DNA of 51,429 nt, from positions 1 through 51,429 of the forward strand of contig JAHFJI010000002.1 of the NCBI GenBank assembly GCA_023245955.1. The letters are read 5' to 3'. The notes below the pieces were generated by a model. The model was given only the letters and a program-made list of their open reading frames with translations. It had not been told where the DNA came from and ran no database searches. Origin of the DNA: Candidatus Doudnabacteria bacterium. Lineage in GTDB: Bacteria > Patescibacteriota > Doudnabacteria > UBA920. Shown here one piece after another: positions 1 to 8,745 of this stretch (positions are counted from its first letter, which is position 1; each line of letters begins with the position of its first letter). The translations under genes and the position numbers were made by a program.

Positions 1-151
1 CGTAATAGATGGCCTGGGATCCAAGGCCAACTGTTAGGCTCATAGTATGAGCCGCTCCGCCCCGACCAACTTCCGACGCTATTTTCTTTTTTATATTGAA
101 AACAGGTCGGGGCTGGGGCACAACCTGGATCAAAGCTTTGAAGGAGGCTTT

Positions 152-934
152 ATGTCCAATCGCAAATTTTTCTCCAGCACACTGCTGGCGCTCGTCGCAA
201 GCTTTTTCGCGCTGATGGTCACCCCAGTCTTCGCGCAAACCACGCCAGTCCGCGCGGGTATGCCCCAGCGGACAGTTGTAGCGCCTGAAGATCTCGCAGC
301 CTTCACCTGTCCGCCGGCTATCGAGTTTTCCGTCTTTAAGGGAAACATCGGAGACGGCATCGAGCGGAACGCCGGTACGTTCCGATTCAGCGCTTTTACA
401 TCGAACACGCTGAACTCGGAATTTGTCAGAGTGTGGACGTTCAGAACGTTCACGTTCGACAGCGGCTACGGACGCACCACGCTTGGTCGCCCGGAGGCCC
501 ATTCGTGGTTTGACGTCAAGGTCGAAAAGCCAGGCTGGATCGTGATCCGCTATTGGATCCAGGGCGCGTCGATTATGACAGCCGAAGAGCTTCACCCTAG
601 CGGTGGAGCATTTGAAGGGCAGCTTGCTCTTTACACCAACCAAAATGGTGGTCTTTGTATCTTCGAAACATGGAGCGTTCCCGAGTTTTTCGCCATTAGC
701 TCCCTCGGTCGGCGCCTACAATACGGCGCATTTGGCAACAACGCAAGTCTTATGTTTGACCACCTTTGCTTCTGGCGGGTACCGACGTACCTCGGACAGA
801 ACCATCTGGCGTTCAACCAAGTGACCATCGGCGCTGACAGTGTGACCTGGCAACCTCTGGAACTGTTCTTGCCGGGCACGAGCATGAGATTCAACATCGG
901 GTGGCTTAAAGTCACTTTTCCCACCTGCCAATAG
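152..934 (+). CDS. secreted hypothetical protein (signal peptide) in the GC-rich left-end segment
   Basis: The ORF-track frame 47..934 was trimmed to the ATG at 152, which follows the RBS GAAGGAGG. The N-terminus MSNRKFFSSTLLALVASFFALMVTPVFAQ looks like a signal peptide. I recognise no family. Confidence 0.5.
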   Translation: MSNRKFFSSTLLALVASFFALMVTPVFAQTTPVRAGMPQRTVVAPEDLAAFTCPPAIEFSVFKGNIGDGIERNAGTFRFSAFTSNTLNSEFVRVWTFRTFTFDSGYGRTTLGRPEAHSWFDVKVEKPGWIVIRYWIQGASIMTAEELHPSGGAFEGQLALYTNQNGGLCIFETWSVPEFFAISSLGRRLQYGAFGNNASLMFDHLCFWRVPTYLGQNHLAFNQVTIGADSVTWQPLELFLPGTSMRFNIGWLKVTFPTCQ

Positions 935-1194
935 GTGGGTGGTGTACATTGCTGGAAGGCTTTTTGGCTGAAGTTGCGACTTTGTGAGGCGGTAGGATTA
1001 GTTTGGAAGTTTGGGCACATGCTCAATACAACCAAGCTAAGACTACCGCCTCTTTTCTTTATCTATTATTTTCCTATCCAACTTTTAAGCCTTATAACTC
1101 TTATCTCTACACCCCCAAAATTCTACTGCACAATATTTATCTGGTTGCGATATTGTCAACAGGTCTCTTTCAAAAGCCCACCATTCCACCTCCT

Positions 1195-1303
1195 GTCATT
1201 CCGGAAGCCATAAGGCTTTGCGCAGGCTATCCGGAATCCATCTTAAAACCTGGATCCCGGCTTCCCGACTCAGAGTACGGGATAAACATAAGGCCGGGAT
1301 GAC
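1195..1303. repeat. MITE-like palindromic repeat, family A (GTCATTCCGG ... CCGGGATGAC termini)
   Basis: Terminal inverted repeats gtcattccgg / ccgggatgac with internal ccggaatcca / tggatcccgg arms. Related copies lie at 14451, 28379, 29697 and 30656. Confidence 0.7.
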
Positions 1304-1354
1304 AAGACAAAATACAGTTACTTTTGAAAGAGGTCTAATGATCGTCTTTGGCAT

Positions 1355-1396
1355 TAAAAAAAGACCATCAGCGATAGATGCGGATGGTCTTTTTTG
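1355..1396. terminator. bidirectional rho-independent terminator
   Basis: Stem aagaccatc / gatggtctt is flanked by an A-run and a T-run. It lies just downstream of the minus-strand gene ending at 1406. Confidence 0.6.
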
Positions 1397-1405
1397 TATC
1401 AAATG

Positions 1406-1729
1406 CTATGCAATATTTAGCGCAACCTTAAGTTCTTTAACTTCGCTCTCAATTTTGTTCATGCGGTGATCTCGCATATCTAGACGGCGTCTCACTTGTT
1501 GGAAATTGGTATCTATAGAATCTAGTACTGTGGCAGTAACTTCATCAGTATAGTTCTCTAAGTTCTTTTGTAGAGTTTCAAGACCTGTTTTCAAATCTGT
1601 CTTAGTAGCCATCTCAGCACGAACATTCTCCAAATCTGTCTTAGTAGCCATCTCTCCACGAATGGTTGCAATGCTAGTGCTTATTTGAGCAATGGCTTCA
1701 TTAAATTGTTCCAATGTTAGTTCAGACAT
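1406..1729 (-). CDS. coiled-coil hypothetical protein with an internal EMATKTDL repeat
   Basis: 107-aa ORF rich in heptad-like charged residues. It contains a 24-bp exact direct repeat, caaatctgtcttagtagccatctc, at 1592-1615 and 1631-1654. Confidence 0.5.
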   Translation of the reverse strand: MSELTLEQFNEAIAQISTSIATIRGEMATKTDLENVRAEMATKTDLKTGLETLQKNLENYTDEVTATVLDSIDTNFQQVRRRLDMRDHRMNKIESEVKELKVALNIA

Positions 1730-1833
1730 ATAATGTTTGTTTCTTTTAACTGAAGTTAATACTATTTAAAGTTTATCACCATAGCTTTATGTGTCAATGT
1801 CCAATATTTTTGGTCTTAAATATGACTGAATTA

Positions 1834-2463
1834 CTATATGTACAGTGCTAAAGGCATCCTTGATCCAAACATGTGGGAATAAGTTTTTGGGATGAGCCCA
1901 AGCCTATCTAACTTGGCTAGAAGTGTTAAAGCTTTTTCTGTTCTTAATACTTTTTGCATTTTTGGTAAGCTATTTATCTTGGCAATTTCATTTGCTAAAT
2001 CTGGCTTATCTTTTAATAATTCTTCTACAGTTAAAATTTGTACGTTAAGTTTTAAGTGATGGGCAATTACTCCAATTCTTGGCACATGAAAAGCAAAAGC
2101 AATTAGAGTTACAATCTTTTTGTCTACTATTGGCTTCAATGCCTCTAGTTGCTCGTATGTATTATTAGTCGCTCTGTCTATTGTTTGTATATTTTGGATA
2201 TCTATTTTACGCTCTACTAAAAACTGCTTCATTAGGTCTGCAGTTTTATTTGTTTTAGAGCCGTAAGTTTGTTCCGCTATTAAAACTATTTTTGGATCAT
2301 TTATAAGCCAGGGTTCCGTCCGCCAGCTGGCGGACGGAACGACAGAGCGAGCGAGCCATTTTAGATACTCCAAAGTAGCCTCAAGCGCAAGAATTGAATG
2401 CTGGCTCAAGGCCGGCTCTCCATGAGCATTTATATAAGATGAATAGGGAAGTGGGAAAATCAT
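1834..2463 (-). CDS. DUF218/YdcF-like protein
   Basis: 209-aa ORF. The segment DRATNNTYEQ...VTLIAFAFHVPR resembles the DUF218 pattern (S.nT.eNa ... lVTs.fHm.Ra). Assigned from memory of the family pattern only. Confidence 0.45.
   Translation of the reverse strand: MIFPLPYSSYINAHGEPALSQHSILALEATLEYLKWLARSVVPSASWRTEPWLINDPKIVLIAEQTYGSKTNKTADLMKQFLVERKIDIQNIQTIDRATNNTYEQLEALKPIVDKKIVTLIAFAFHVPRIGVIAHHLKLNVQILTVEELLKDKPDLANEIAKINSLPKMQKVLRTEKALTLLAKLDRLGLIPKTYSHMFGSRMPLALYI
2313..2340. repeat. perfect 28-bp palindrome inside the DUF218 CDS
   Basis: gttccgtccgccag/ctggcggacggaac has 14+14 perfect complementarity. It is translated as part of VVPSASWRTEPW. Confidence 0.9.
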
Positions 2464-2553
2464 TGGTTAAGCGGGATTAACTAGGTCTTATAGGACTTAT
2501 ATGTCACATAAGTCCTATTGGATCTATAACACCCAGGCCAAAGGAAGGAAGGC

Positions 2554-2582
2554 TTGCCAAATGGTGCTAAATCGACTATAGT
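2554..2582 (+). promoter_or_regulatory. candidate sigma70-type promoter for the 2714 gene
   Basis: TTGCCA, 17 nt spacer, TATAGT. It sits about 130 nt upstream of the ATG at 2714. Confidence 0.4.
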
Positions 2583-2713
2583 ATAGGGTCTTTTTAGGAC
2601 GTGAACAATGGTGGGGCACAGAAGTAAGTAAACAAGAATTAAGTACTATTCGCTTACGTAACTCTCAGCTACTTATTTACTTAATTCAGTATTAATACTA
2701 AATCAGTGTATTT

Positions 2714-5700
2714 ATGAGTAGATTGATACGCATAGTGGGTTTTTTGGGCTTTATCTTAATAAGCTCCGTGTTTCTTGCAAGTAAAGCAGAGGCAGCACTG
2801 CCAGCTAATTTTCAGGCCACGCCTATCATAACTTCGGGCCTTAACGGTCCAAGCGGATTTGGCATAGCTCCAGATGGTCGGATATTTATTTTAGAGCGCA
2901 CTGGAGCAATTAAGATCTATAAAGGTGGACAGCTCCTTCCTACACCATTTGCAACACTACCAAGTGCAGCCACAGGCGATAGAGGACTGATAGGCGTGGC
3001 GTTTGATCCAGACTTTGCTACTAATCATTTTGTCTATTTTTACTATACAGCTGCAGAGGATATTTTAAATCGCTTAGTTAGGTTCAACGCAAGTGTAGAT
3101 GTTGCCACAGAGCCACCTGTAGAAATATATAAAACTCACACACCCTCACAGTTTTTACATTCTGGTGGTAGTGTGGTCTTTGGACCAGATGGCAAAATAT
3201 ATTTAGCCATAGGTGATAATGGTTATCCACCAAACGGACAAGACCTAACCAATGCACACGGAAAAATTTTGCGAGTAAACCGGGATGGGAGTATCCCCAA
3301 CGATAATCCCTTTATAAATACTCCAGGGGCTTTACCAGAAATCTGGGCATACGGATTTCGCAATCCTTGGCGGTTTCAGTTTGACTCCTTAACCGGTAAA
3401 ATGTATGGCGGAGATGTGGGAGAGTCTAGCTTTGAAGAACTAAACGAAATAAAACGAGGGAGTAATTATGGCTGGCCTATCTGCGAGGGGTATTGCACGC
3501 AGTATACTCAGCCACTCTACGCTTACGCCCACTCAGGTCCAAGCTCGGCTGTAACTGCTGGCCCGGTTTATCGTGGAAGTATGTTTCCAAGTAGTTATAA
3601 TGGAAGTTTCTTTTTTGCCGACTACGGGCAAGGGTTTATCAAGCGTGCACTCTTTGATAACGCGGGTGCGGTATCCAGCGTAGAAGATTTTGATATTGGA
3701 GCAGGTAGTGTAGTAGATTTGCATACTGCGGGCGATGGTTCTCTCTACTACATTACTTATTATCCAGGGAGACTGTATAGAATCAATTACTCCACGGGTA
3801 ATCACATACCCGTAGCCAACAGTAGCAGTGACGTCACTTCTGGGATTAATCCTCTTACAGCGCATTTCTCCAGCCTAGGTAGCTTTGACCCCGATGGAGA
3901 TACTTTGAGTTACCTATGGAAATTTGGAGACGGTACTACCAGCACACAAGCCAACCCCGTTCATGTTTTTTCCAATGCCGGTGCATATGTAGTGGAATTA
4001 ACTGTAAGTGATAGCCAGACACAAGCCATCGCAGTCCCTCTAGTTGTGCAGGCGGGGCTCACACCCACTGTTGTTATAGGCTTACCCCTAAATAACTCAA
4101 CTTACAAAGCAGGGGATACAATTTTCTATAGTGGCCATGGTTTAGACGGAGCTGGGTTTGACTTACCGGACTCTGCTTTTACGACTGAAGTTCGTTTTCA
4201 CCACCACGACCACATACACCCATTCCTTGGACCCGTACCTGGAAAAAATGGAAGTTTTAGCATACCTACTACAGGAGAAGCTGACCCAGACACTTGGTAC
4301 GAAATACGCATAACTGGCACGGACGTAAATGGGCTTAGCAATACAGCTGTAGTGAACATCCACCCCAAGACTTCTACCATAACTTTTGTTACAAATCCCG
4401 CGGGTCTAGATATAGACTTAGATGGTAGCCCGGTACATACACCTGTCTCCGTACTTGGCGTTGTGGGCTTTAATAGGCTTATCAACGCACCAGCACAAGG
4501 ACATAATAATAATTATTATGTATTTAGCTCTTGGTCAGACTCTGGCACTGCTTCTCACTTTATTGCCTTTCCCGACACAGATACTACCGTAACTGCAAAC
4601 TTTACAGTTGGGACTAGTGAGTGCAATAGCGTGGGCGTGAATGCATTTATTGGTTGCTACCACTCCGGTAAGACTCTGTCTGATCTCCGGCTCATCCGAA
4701 CTGACCCACAGATCAACTTTACTTGGGGTGCCAATGCTCCAGGCCTAGGATTGCCTATAGACGATTTTTCCGTTCGCTGGAGTGGAAACATAAACTTTAC
4801 CGCTGGTGAATATGACTTTACCACTCAAATGGATGATGGGGTCAGGGTGTATATAGACGGAGTACTAGTTCAAGACTACTGGATAGAACAGTCTGCGGTA
4901 CCACACACAAGCCACACAAGCCTCACCGCTGGAGTTCACAGAATTGTAGTAGAGTATTTTGAAGCGGGCGGAGACGCCTCGGCCAAGCTTACTTGGGTAC
5001 GCACTGGGGACATTGTTCCAGTGATTTCCTGCGATGTGCCTATATATGGAGCTTTTAACGCCTGCTACTATTACCCAACTAACTTCGCAGATTTTAAACT
5101 TCAAAGAACAGATGCATACCCGCTCAATTTAGATTTTGGACTGGGTAGCCCAGATCCAGTTATACCTGTAGATACTTTTAGTGCTACCTGGATAGGCAAT
5201 TTTAGTTTTGAAGCTTCTGAATACACTTTTACGGTCACAGCAGACGATGGTGTCAGACTCTTGCTTGATGGAAACATCGTACTGGATAAGTTCTTTGACC
5301 AACCAGCTAGCACGTACACAGTTAAGCTGAATCTAACGGCTGGAGTTCACACAGTAAAGCTTTTGTATTACGAAAACTATTGGCAAGCAATAGCAAAACT
5401 GAGTTGGGCAAAAACCAGTAATCTACCACCCGATCCAACCGCTACCTGCGATGTGCCAAATGTAGGAGCATTTAAAGCTTGCTACTTTGATAATGCCGAC
5501 TTTACCAATTTAAAGTTGGCAAGAACGGACAATGCTATTAACTTTGATTTTGGGCAAGCCTCTCCAGACCCGCTAGTTGGCCCAGATACCTTTAGCGCTA
5601 CTTGGCTTGGTACATTTACCTTTAATGCTGGCACGTACGAGTTTGTAGCTACTGCTGACGATGGCATGAAAGTCTTTGTAGATGGACAGGTGATAATAGA

Positions 5701-6247
5701 CCAATTCCATGACCAACCAGCCACTACTTATACAGCAAGAATGGATTTAACTACTGGCCAACACGTAATAAAAGTACTTTATTACGATAATTACGGGGAT
5801 GCAGTAAGCAAACTTAGCTGGACACAAGTCGGCAGTCCACCACCACCCCCAGTGCTCAACTGTACTACTCCAGGCAAGGATAACTTTACTGGTTGTTACT
5901 ACGATAACAAAGACTTTACCAATCTAAAACTGGTTAAAACCGATAACGCTATTAACTTTGATTTTGGTGCTGAGAGCCCGGACTTAAAGATTGGTAGAGA
6001 GGAATTTAGTATTCGCTGGAGCGGAGACTTTGATCTTGTAACCGGTAACTACATTTTCACCACCAAGTCAGATGACGGAGTGAGGCTGTATGTAGACAAC
6101 ACACTACTGATAGACAAATGGGTAAACCAAGGTCCAACTACCTATACAGCACCAGTTTCGCTCGCTACCGGTAATCACAATATACGCCTAGAATATTATG
6201 AAAACTGGGGTGATGCTTCTGTAAGTCTTGCCTGGGCAAAGCAATAG
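2714..6247 (+). CDS. secreted multidomain protein: PQQ-type glucose/sorbosone dehydrogenase-like beta-propeller + PKD + 4 tandem PA14 domains
   Basis: Signal peptide present. Propeller motifs: GFGIAPDGRIFILERTG, GKILRVNRDGSIPNDNPF, AYGFRNPWRF, NYGWP. PKD motif: DPDGDTLSYLWKFGDGT. Four repeats follow of C..CYY..DF..LKL.RTD..INFDFG...FS..W.G.F.F..G.Y.F...ADDG.R..VDG, spanning roughly nt 4631-6244. Confidence 0.8.
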   Translation: MSRLIRIVGFLGFILISSVFLASKAEAALPANFQATPIITSGLNGPSGFGIAPDGRIFILERTGAIKIYKGGQLLPTPFATLPSAATGDRGLIGVAFDPDFATNHFVYFYYTAAEDILNRLVRFNASVDVATEPPVEIYKTHTPSQFLHSGGSVVFGPDGKIYLAIGDNGYPPNGQDLTNAHGKILRVNRDGSIPNDNPFINTPGALPEIWAYGFRNPWRFQFDSLTGKMYGGDVGESSFEELNEIKRGSNYGWPICEGYCTQYTQPLYAYAHSGPSSAVTAGPVYRGSMFPSSYNGSFFFADYGQGFIKRALFDNAGAVSSVEDFDIGAGSVVDLHTAGDGSLYYITYYPGRLYRINYSTGNHIPVANSSSDVTSGINPLTAHFSSLGSFDPDGDTLSYLWKFGDGTTSTQANPVHVFSNAGAYVVELTVSDSQTQAIAVPLVVQAGLTPTVVIGLPLNNSTYKAGDTIFYSGHGLDGAGFDLPDSAFTTEVRFHHHDHIHPFLGPVPGKNGSFSIPTTGEADPDTWYEIRITGTDVNGLSNTAVVNIHPKTSTITFVTNPAGLDIDLDGSPVHTPVSVLGVVGFNRLINAPAQGHNNNYYVFSSWSDSGTASHFIAFPDTDTTVTANFTVGTSECNSVGVNAFIGCYHSGKTLSDLRLIRTDPQINFTWGANAPGLGLPIDDFSVRWSGNINFTAGEYDFTTQMDDGVRVYIDGVLVQDYWIEQSAVPHTSHTSLTAGVHRIVVEYFEAGGDASAKLTWVRTGDIVPVISCDVPIYGAFNACYYYPTNFADFKLQRTDAYPLNLDFGLGSPDPVIPVDTFSATWIGNFSFEASEYTFTVTADDGVRLLLDGNIVLDKFFDQPASTYTVKLNLTAGVHTVKLLYYENYWQAIAKLSWAKTSNLPPDPTATCDVPNVGAFKACYFDNADFTNLKLARTDNAINFDFGQASPDPLVGPDTFSATWLGTFTFNAGTYEFVATADDGMKVFVDGQVIIDQFHDQPATTYTARMDLTTGQHVIKVLYYDNYGDAVSKLSWTQVGSPPPPPVLNCTTPGKDNFTGCYYDNKDFTNLKLVKTDNAINFDFGAESPDLKIGREEFSIRWSGDFDLVTGNYIFTTKSDDGVRLYVDNTLLIDKWVNQGPTTYTAPVSLATGNHNIRLEYYENWGDASVSLAWAKQ

Positions 6248-6290
6248 CAGCTTGCTAATCTAACCAGCAATCAAGTATAATGAGACAAAC

Positions 6291-6316
6291 AAAAAAACCG
6301 CAATTCTGCGGTTTTT
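6291..6316. terminator. rho-independent terminator after the PA14 protein gene
   Basis: aaaaaaaccgca-attc-tgcggttttt. The stem is flanked by an A-run and a T-run. Confidence 0.65.
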
Positions 6317-6334
6317 GTCTTGAAAGAGGATCAC

Positions 6335-6442
6335 ATGAAACGAAATCAGGGGATGGTTTTTGCCATGGTTATGTTCACCTTGGCACTTCTCACAACATTT
6401 TTTCTATTACTCCTCCAGGTTTTAATGGAGGGTAATAGATGA
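6335..6442 (+). CDS. candidate 35-aa hydrophobic micro-protein
   Basis: RBS AAAGAGGA lies 5 nt upstream of the ATG. Product is MKRNQGMVFAMVMFTLALLTTFFLLLLQVLMEGNR. The ORF is followed by the hairpin aggcgct..agcgcct plus a T-run. It is below the ORF-track length cutoff. Confidence 0.35.
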   Translation: MKRNQGMVFAMVMFTLALLTTFFLLLLQVLMEGNR

Positions 6443-6475
6443 GGCGCTGTAGTAATACAAGCGCCTTTTACTTTT

Positions 6476-8125
6476 TTAATGCACCAAATACTTAGTTACA
6501 GTTATCCAGGTACCCACATATGGCCGGACTTCTGCAAACCCTTTTTCTTCTAGTTGTTCAAAGTTATGCGGCACTGGTGGTTTGCTAGAACCAAACCCAT
6601 TGGTGGAAACTAGCCAGAGCAGTTCACCGGGCTTAGCGCCAGTTTCAAACCTTGGCAACAAATCTGCATTGGTTAAGATAGCTGTGCCAGCAAAATGAGG
6701 CATATTACTTACCTCGGTATTTCCACCGGTGAAAAGTAATGGCTTAGGCCAACCAGCAGACGCATTAGCAGGTTCTTCACTGGCGCTAGACGCGTCATTG
6801 CTCAAGTCTTGTAAGCTAAACTGCTTAGAAGACATGGCGAATGGAGCCTGTGGAGCAGACTTTGGCGGGGGGGTCTGTGTCAGATAATATTTTAAGTTAA
6901 AGAACTCAAAGCTGGTACCAGCTACTAACTGGTCACCTGCGCGCATGTTCTCTTGTAGATAATGCACCACGCCATTCATACCGGGCTTAGTAGCCACGTC
7001 CAAATCTTTCCAGTAATGCCAAAAAGCTCCAAAGTTAGACAGAACGTATAGGACCAATAGTACATATAGTACAGATTGGCGACGCAGATTGGTAAGCCAG
7101 ATAGCCAAAGCAATTGTATAGAAAGGAGAAGTATAAAGAAAATATCTGACTAGATAAACCGATGAGCTCTCACCTTTTAAGTGGGCTAAAATAGCGAACA
7201 AGATAGAGCCTGCAAATGGAGCCACAAGCGCGAGCAATATGAGCCACTTGTGAGCACTGTCCGTTTCCCTTACAAATTGAACTATAAAGTATAGGGTAAA
7301 TATAGTGGCGAGAATTACTAGCACCTGCGTATTCCTCTCGGTAATATCTATACCTATGCCAAGCAACATTTGCCAAAGCGTAGTCGGGATACTCCATCTA
7401 TCTAGTGGTGGAATCCAGTAACCCGCACCTACCTGTTTAAACTGAAACAAAAACCATTTAAACCAAGGAGCGAAGACCGCGAGCAGTAACAAGTAACTAG
7501 TAATAAGTAATGAGTATTTTTTAAACTCAAGGCGATATGAATAAATATGGTAGCAGAGAGCATAGAAACACAGAGCAGCTACAGTAAAGAGTAAGTAATA
7601 GTGAGTAAGTACTGCTAAGCCAGAGACAAGACCAAATAAAATGTAGCATATTACTTGTCTCTTGTTTTTTGTCTCTCCCAAGCTCTTTACTAAAAAATAG
7701 GCTGCTAGCAAGCTTAGAAAAGCACCAAAGGTATACATACGGGCCTCGGTTGCATATTGAATTTGGAATGGACTGAGGCTTATGAGTAGTGCTGCTATTA
7801 GCGCCGCTTTTTCAGATTTGAATGCAACTTTTACAAATGCATAGCCTGCAAGTGCAGTGAGTACACCAAAGAATACAGAAAAGCCACGAAGCGCAAGTAA
7901 ACTATCGCCAAAGCCATAACTCCAAAGCCTGAGCGCTACATAATAGACTGGAGGATGAACATCTAAACCAATCCGGTAAAACATCTCACCCCAAGAGTAC
8001 TTTATGAGCAACGCAGAAAAAGCTTCGTCGTGCCAAAGAGAAATGTCTAGGTTATGGTAAAGACGAAGAATGAGGCCGAGGCAAGTAATAATGATCAGAC
8101 TTGCATAGACTTTTACTTTATTCAT
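6476..8125 (-). CDS. membrane glycosyltransferase, GT39/ArnT-like (C-type)
   Basis: 549 aa and polytopic. The N-terminal loop motif LWHDEAFSA is typical of PMT/ArnT-type enzymes. Confidence 0.65.
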   Translation of the reverse strand: MNKVKVYASLIIITCLGLILRLYHNLDISLWHDEAFSALLIKYSWGEMFYRIGLDVHPPVYYVALRLWSYGFGDSLLALRGFSVFFGVLTALAGYAFVKVAFKSEKAALIAALLISLSPFQIQYATEARMYTFGAFLSLLAAYFLVKSLGETKNKRQVICYILFGLVSGLAVLTHYYLLFTVAALCFYALCYHIYSYRLEFKKYSLLITSYLLLLAVFAPWFKWFLFQFKQVGAGYWIPPLDRWSIPTTLWQMLLGIGIDITERNTQVLVILATIFTLYFIVQFVRETDSAHKWLILLALVAPFAGSILFAILAHLKGESSSVYLVRYFLYTSPFYTIALAIWLTNLRRQSVLYVLLVLYVLSNFGAFWHYWKDLDVATKPGMNGVVHYLQENMRAGDQLVAGTSFEFFNLKYYLTQTPPPKSAPQAPFAMSSKQFSLQDLSNDASSASEEPANASAGWPKPLLFTGGNTEVSNMPHFAGTAILTNADLLPRFETGAKPGELLWLVSTNGFGSSKPPVPHNFEQLEEKGFAEVRPYVGTWITVTKYLVH

Positions 8126-8137
8126 ATTGTTAATTGT

Positions 8138-8539
8138 TTATTTTTCATTTCTATATGCTTGGTTTAAGTATAATAAAATAAAACCAGCCAGCAATAACAA
8201 GAACCCGTCGCCGAGTAACATGGAGTAGTTATCTGCTCTTACCAAAGCAAGCATGAACATAAACGCCCCATGAGCCAAATTAGCCCAAGCCGTAAAGCCC
8301 AAAAATTCTTCGTAGCGAGACAGGTTACCCGAAGCTTTCCAGAGATATATACCCCAGACTAAATTAATAGTTGCAAACATGGCCTCATAATCCCAACTGT
8401 AATTACCATGTCTTAAAAAATAACTAAGCCAGGGGATGCTATGAGTATACTCACTAAAACTCATCAGCAAAAACATAAACACTAGAAAAAACAGGACTAC
8501 AGACCAAATTCTTACTCCTATTTGTAAATATTGTTTCAT
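8138..8539 (-). CDS. integral membrane protein, unknown function
   Basis: 133-aa ORF with about 4 hydrophobic segments, co-directional with the flanking GT39 genes. Confidence 0.5.
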   Translation of the reverse strand: MKQYLQIGVRIWSVVLFFLVFMFLLMSFSEYTHSIPWLSYFLRHGNYSWDYEAMFATINLVWGIYLWKASGNLSRYEEFLGFTAWANLAHGAFMFMLALVRADNYSMLLGDGFLLLLAGFILLYLNQAYRNEK

Positions 8540-8562
8540 AAATTGTTTGTTATTTTTGGTTA

Positions 8563-8745
8563 ATTTTAGGACTTACGCGTTTGGTCAAGTACGAGGCATT
8601 TTCTGAGGCTTTGCCGAAGGCGTAGTTATACTACGACGAGGCAAACCGCAAGAAAATAACGAAGTAATTGGCCAAACCCTTGGGGCATAAGTTTTAAAGA
8701 CGGGCAATTCCTGTCAGTTCATTCAAGCGCGTAAGTCCTAAATTT
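8563..8745. repeat. long imperfect palindromic intergenic element (about 180 bp)
   Basis: Perfect 15-bp arms: tttaggacttacgcg (8565-8579) and cgcgtaagtcctaaa (8728-8742). The interior is also imperfectly self-complementary around tagttatacta. Confidence 0.7.

Noticed and set aside
935-1469. ORFs 935-1213, 1003-1302, 1196-1402 and 1218-1469
   Set aside because: They overlap each other, cross the family A repeat and two terminator hairpins, and have no RBS or recognisable motifs.
3533-5724. Several 65-110 aa minus-strand ORFs inside the PA14 protein gene
   Set aside because: They are antisense shadow ORFs inside a long, motif-supported plus-strand CDS.
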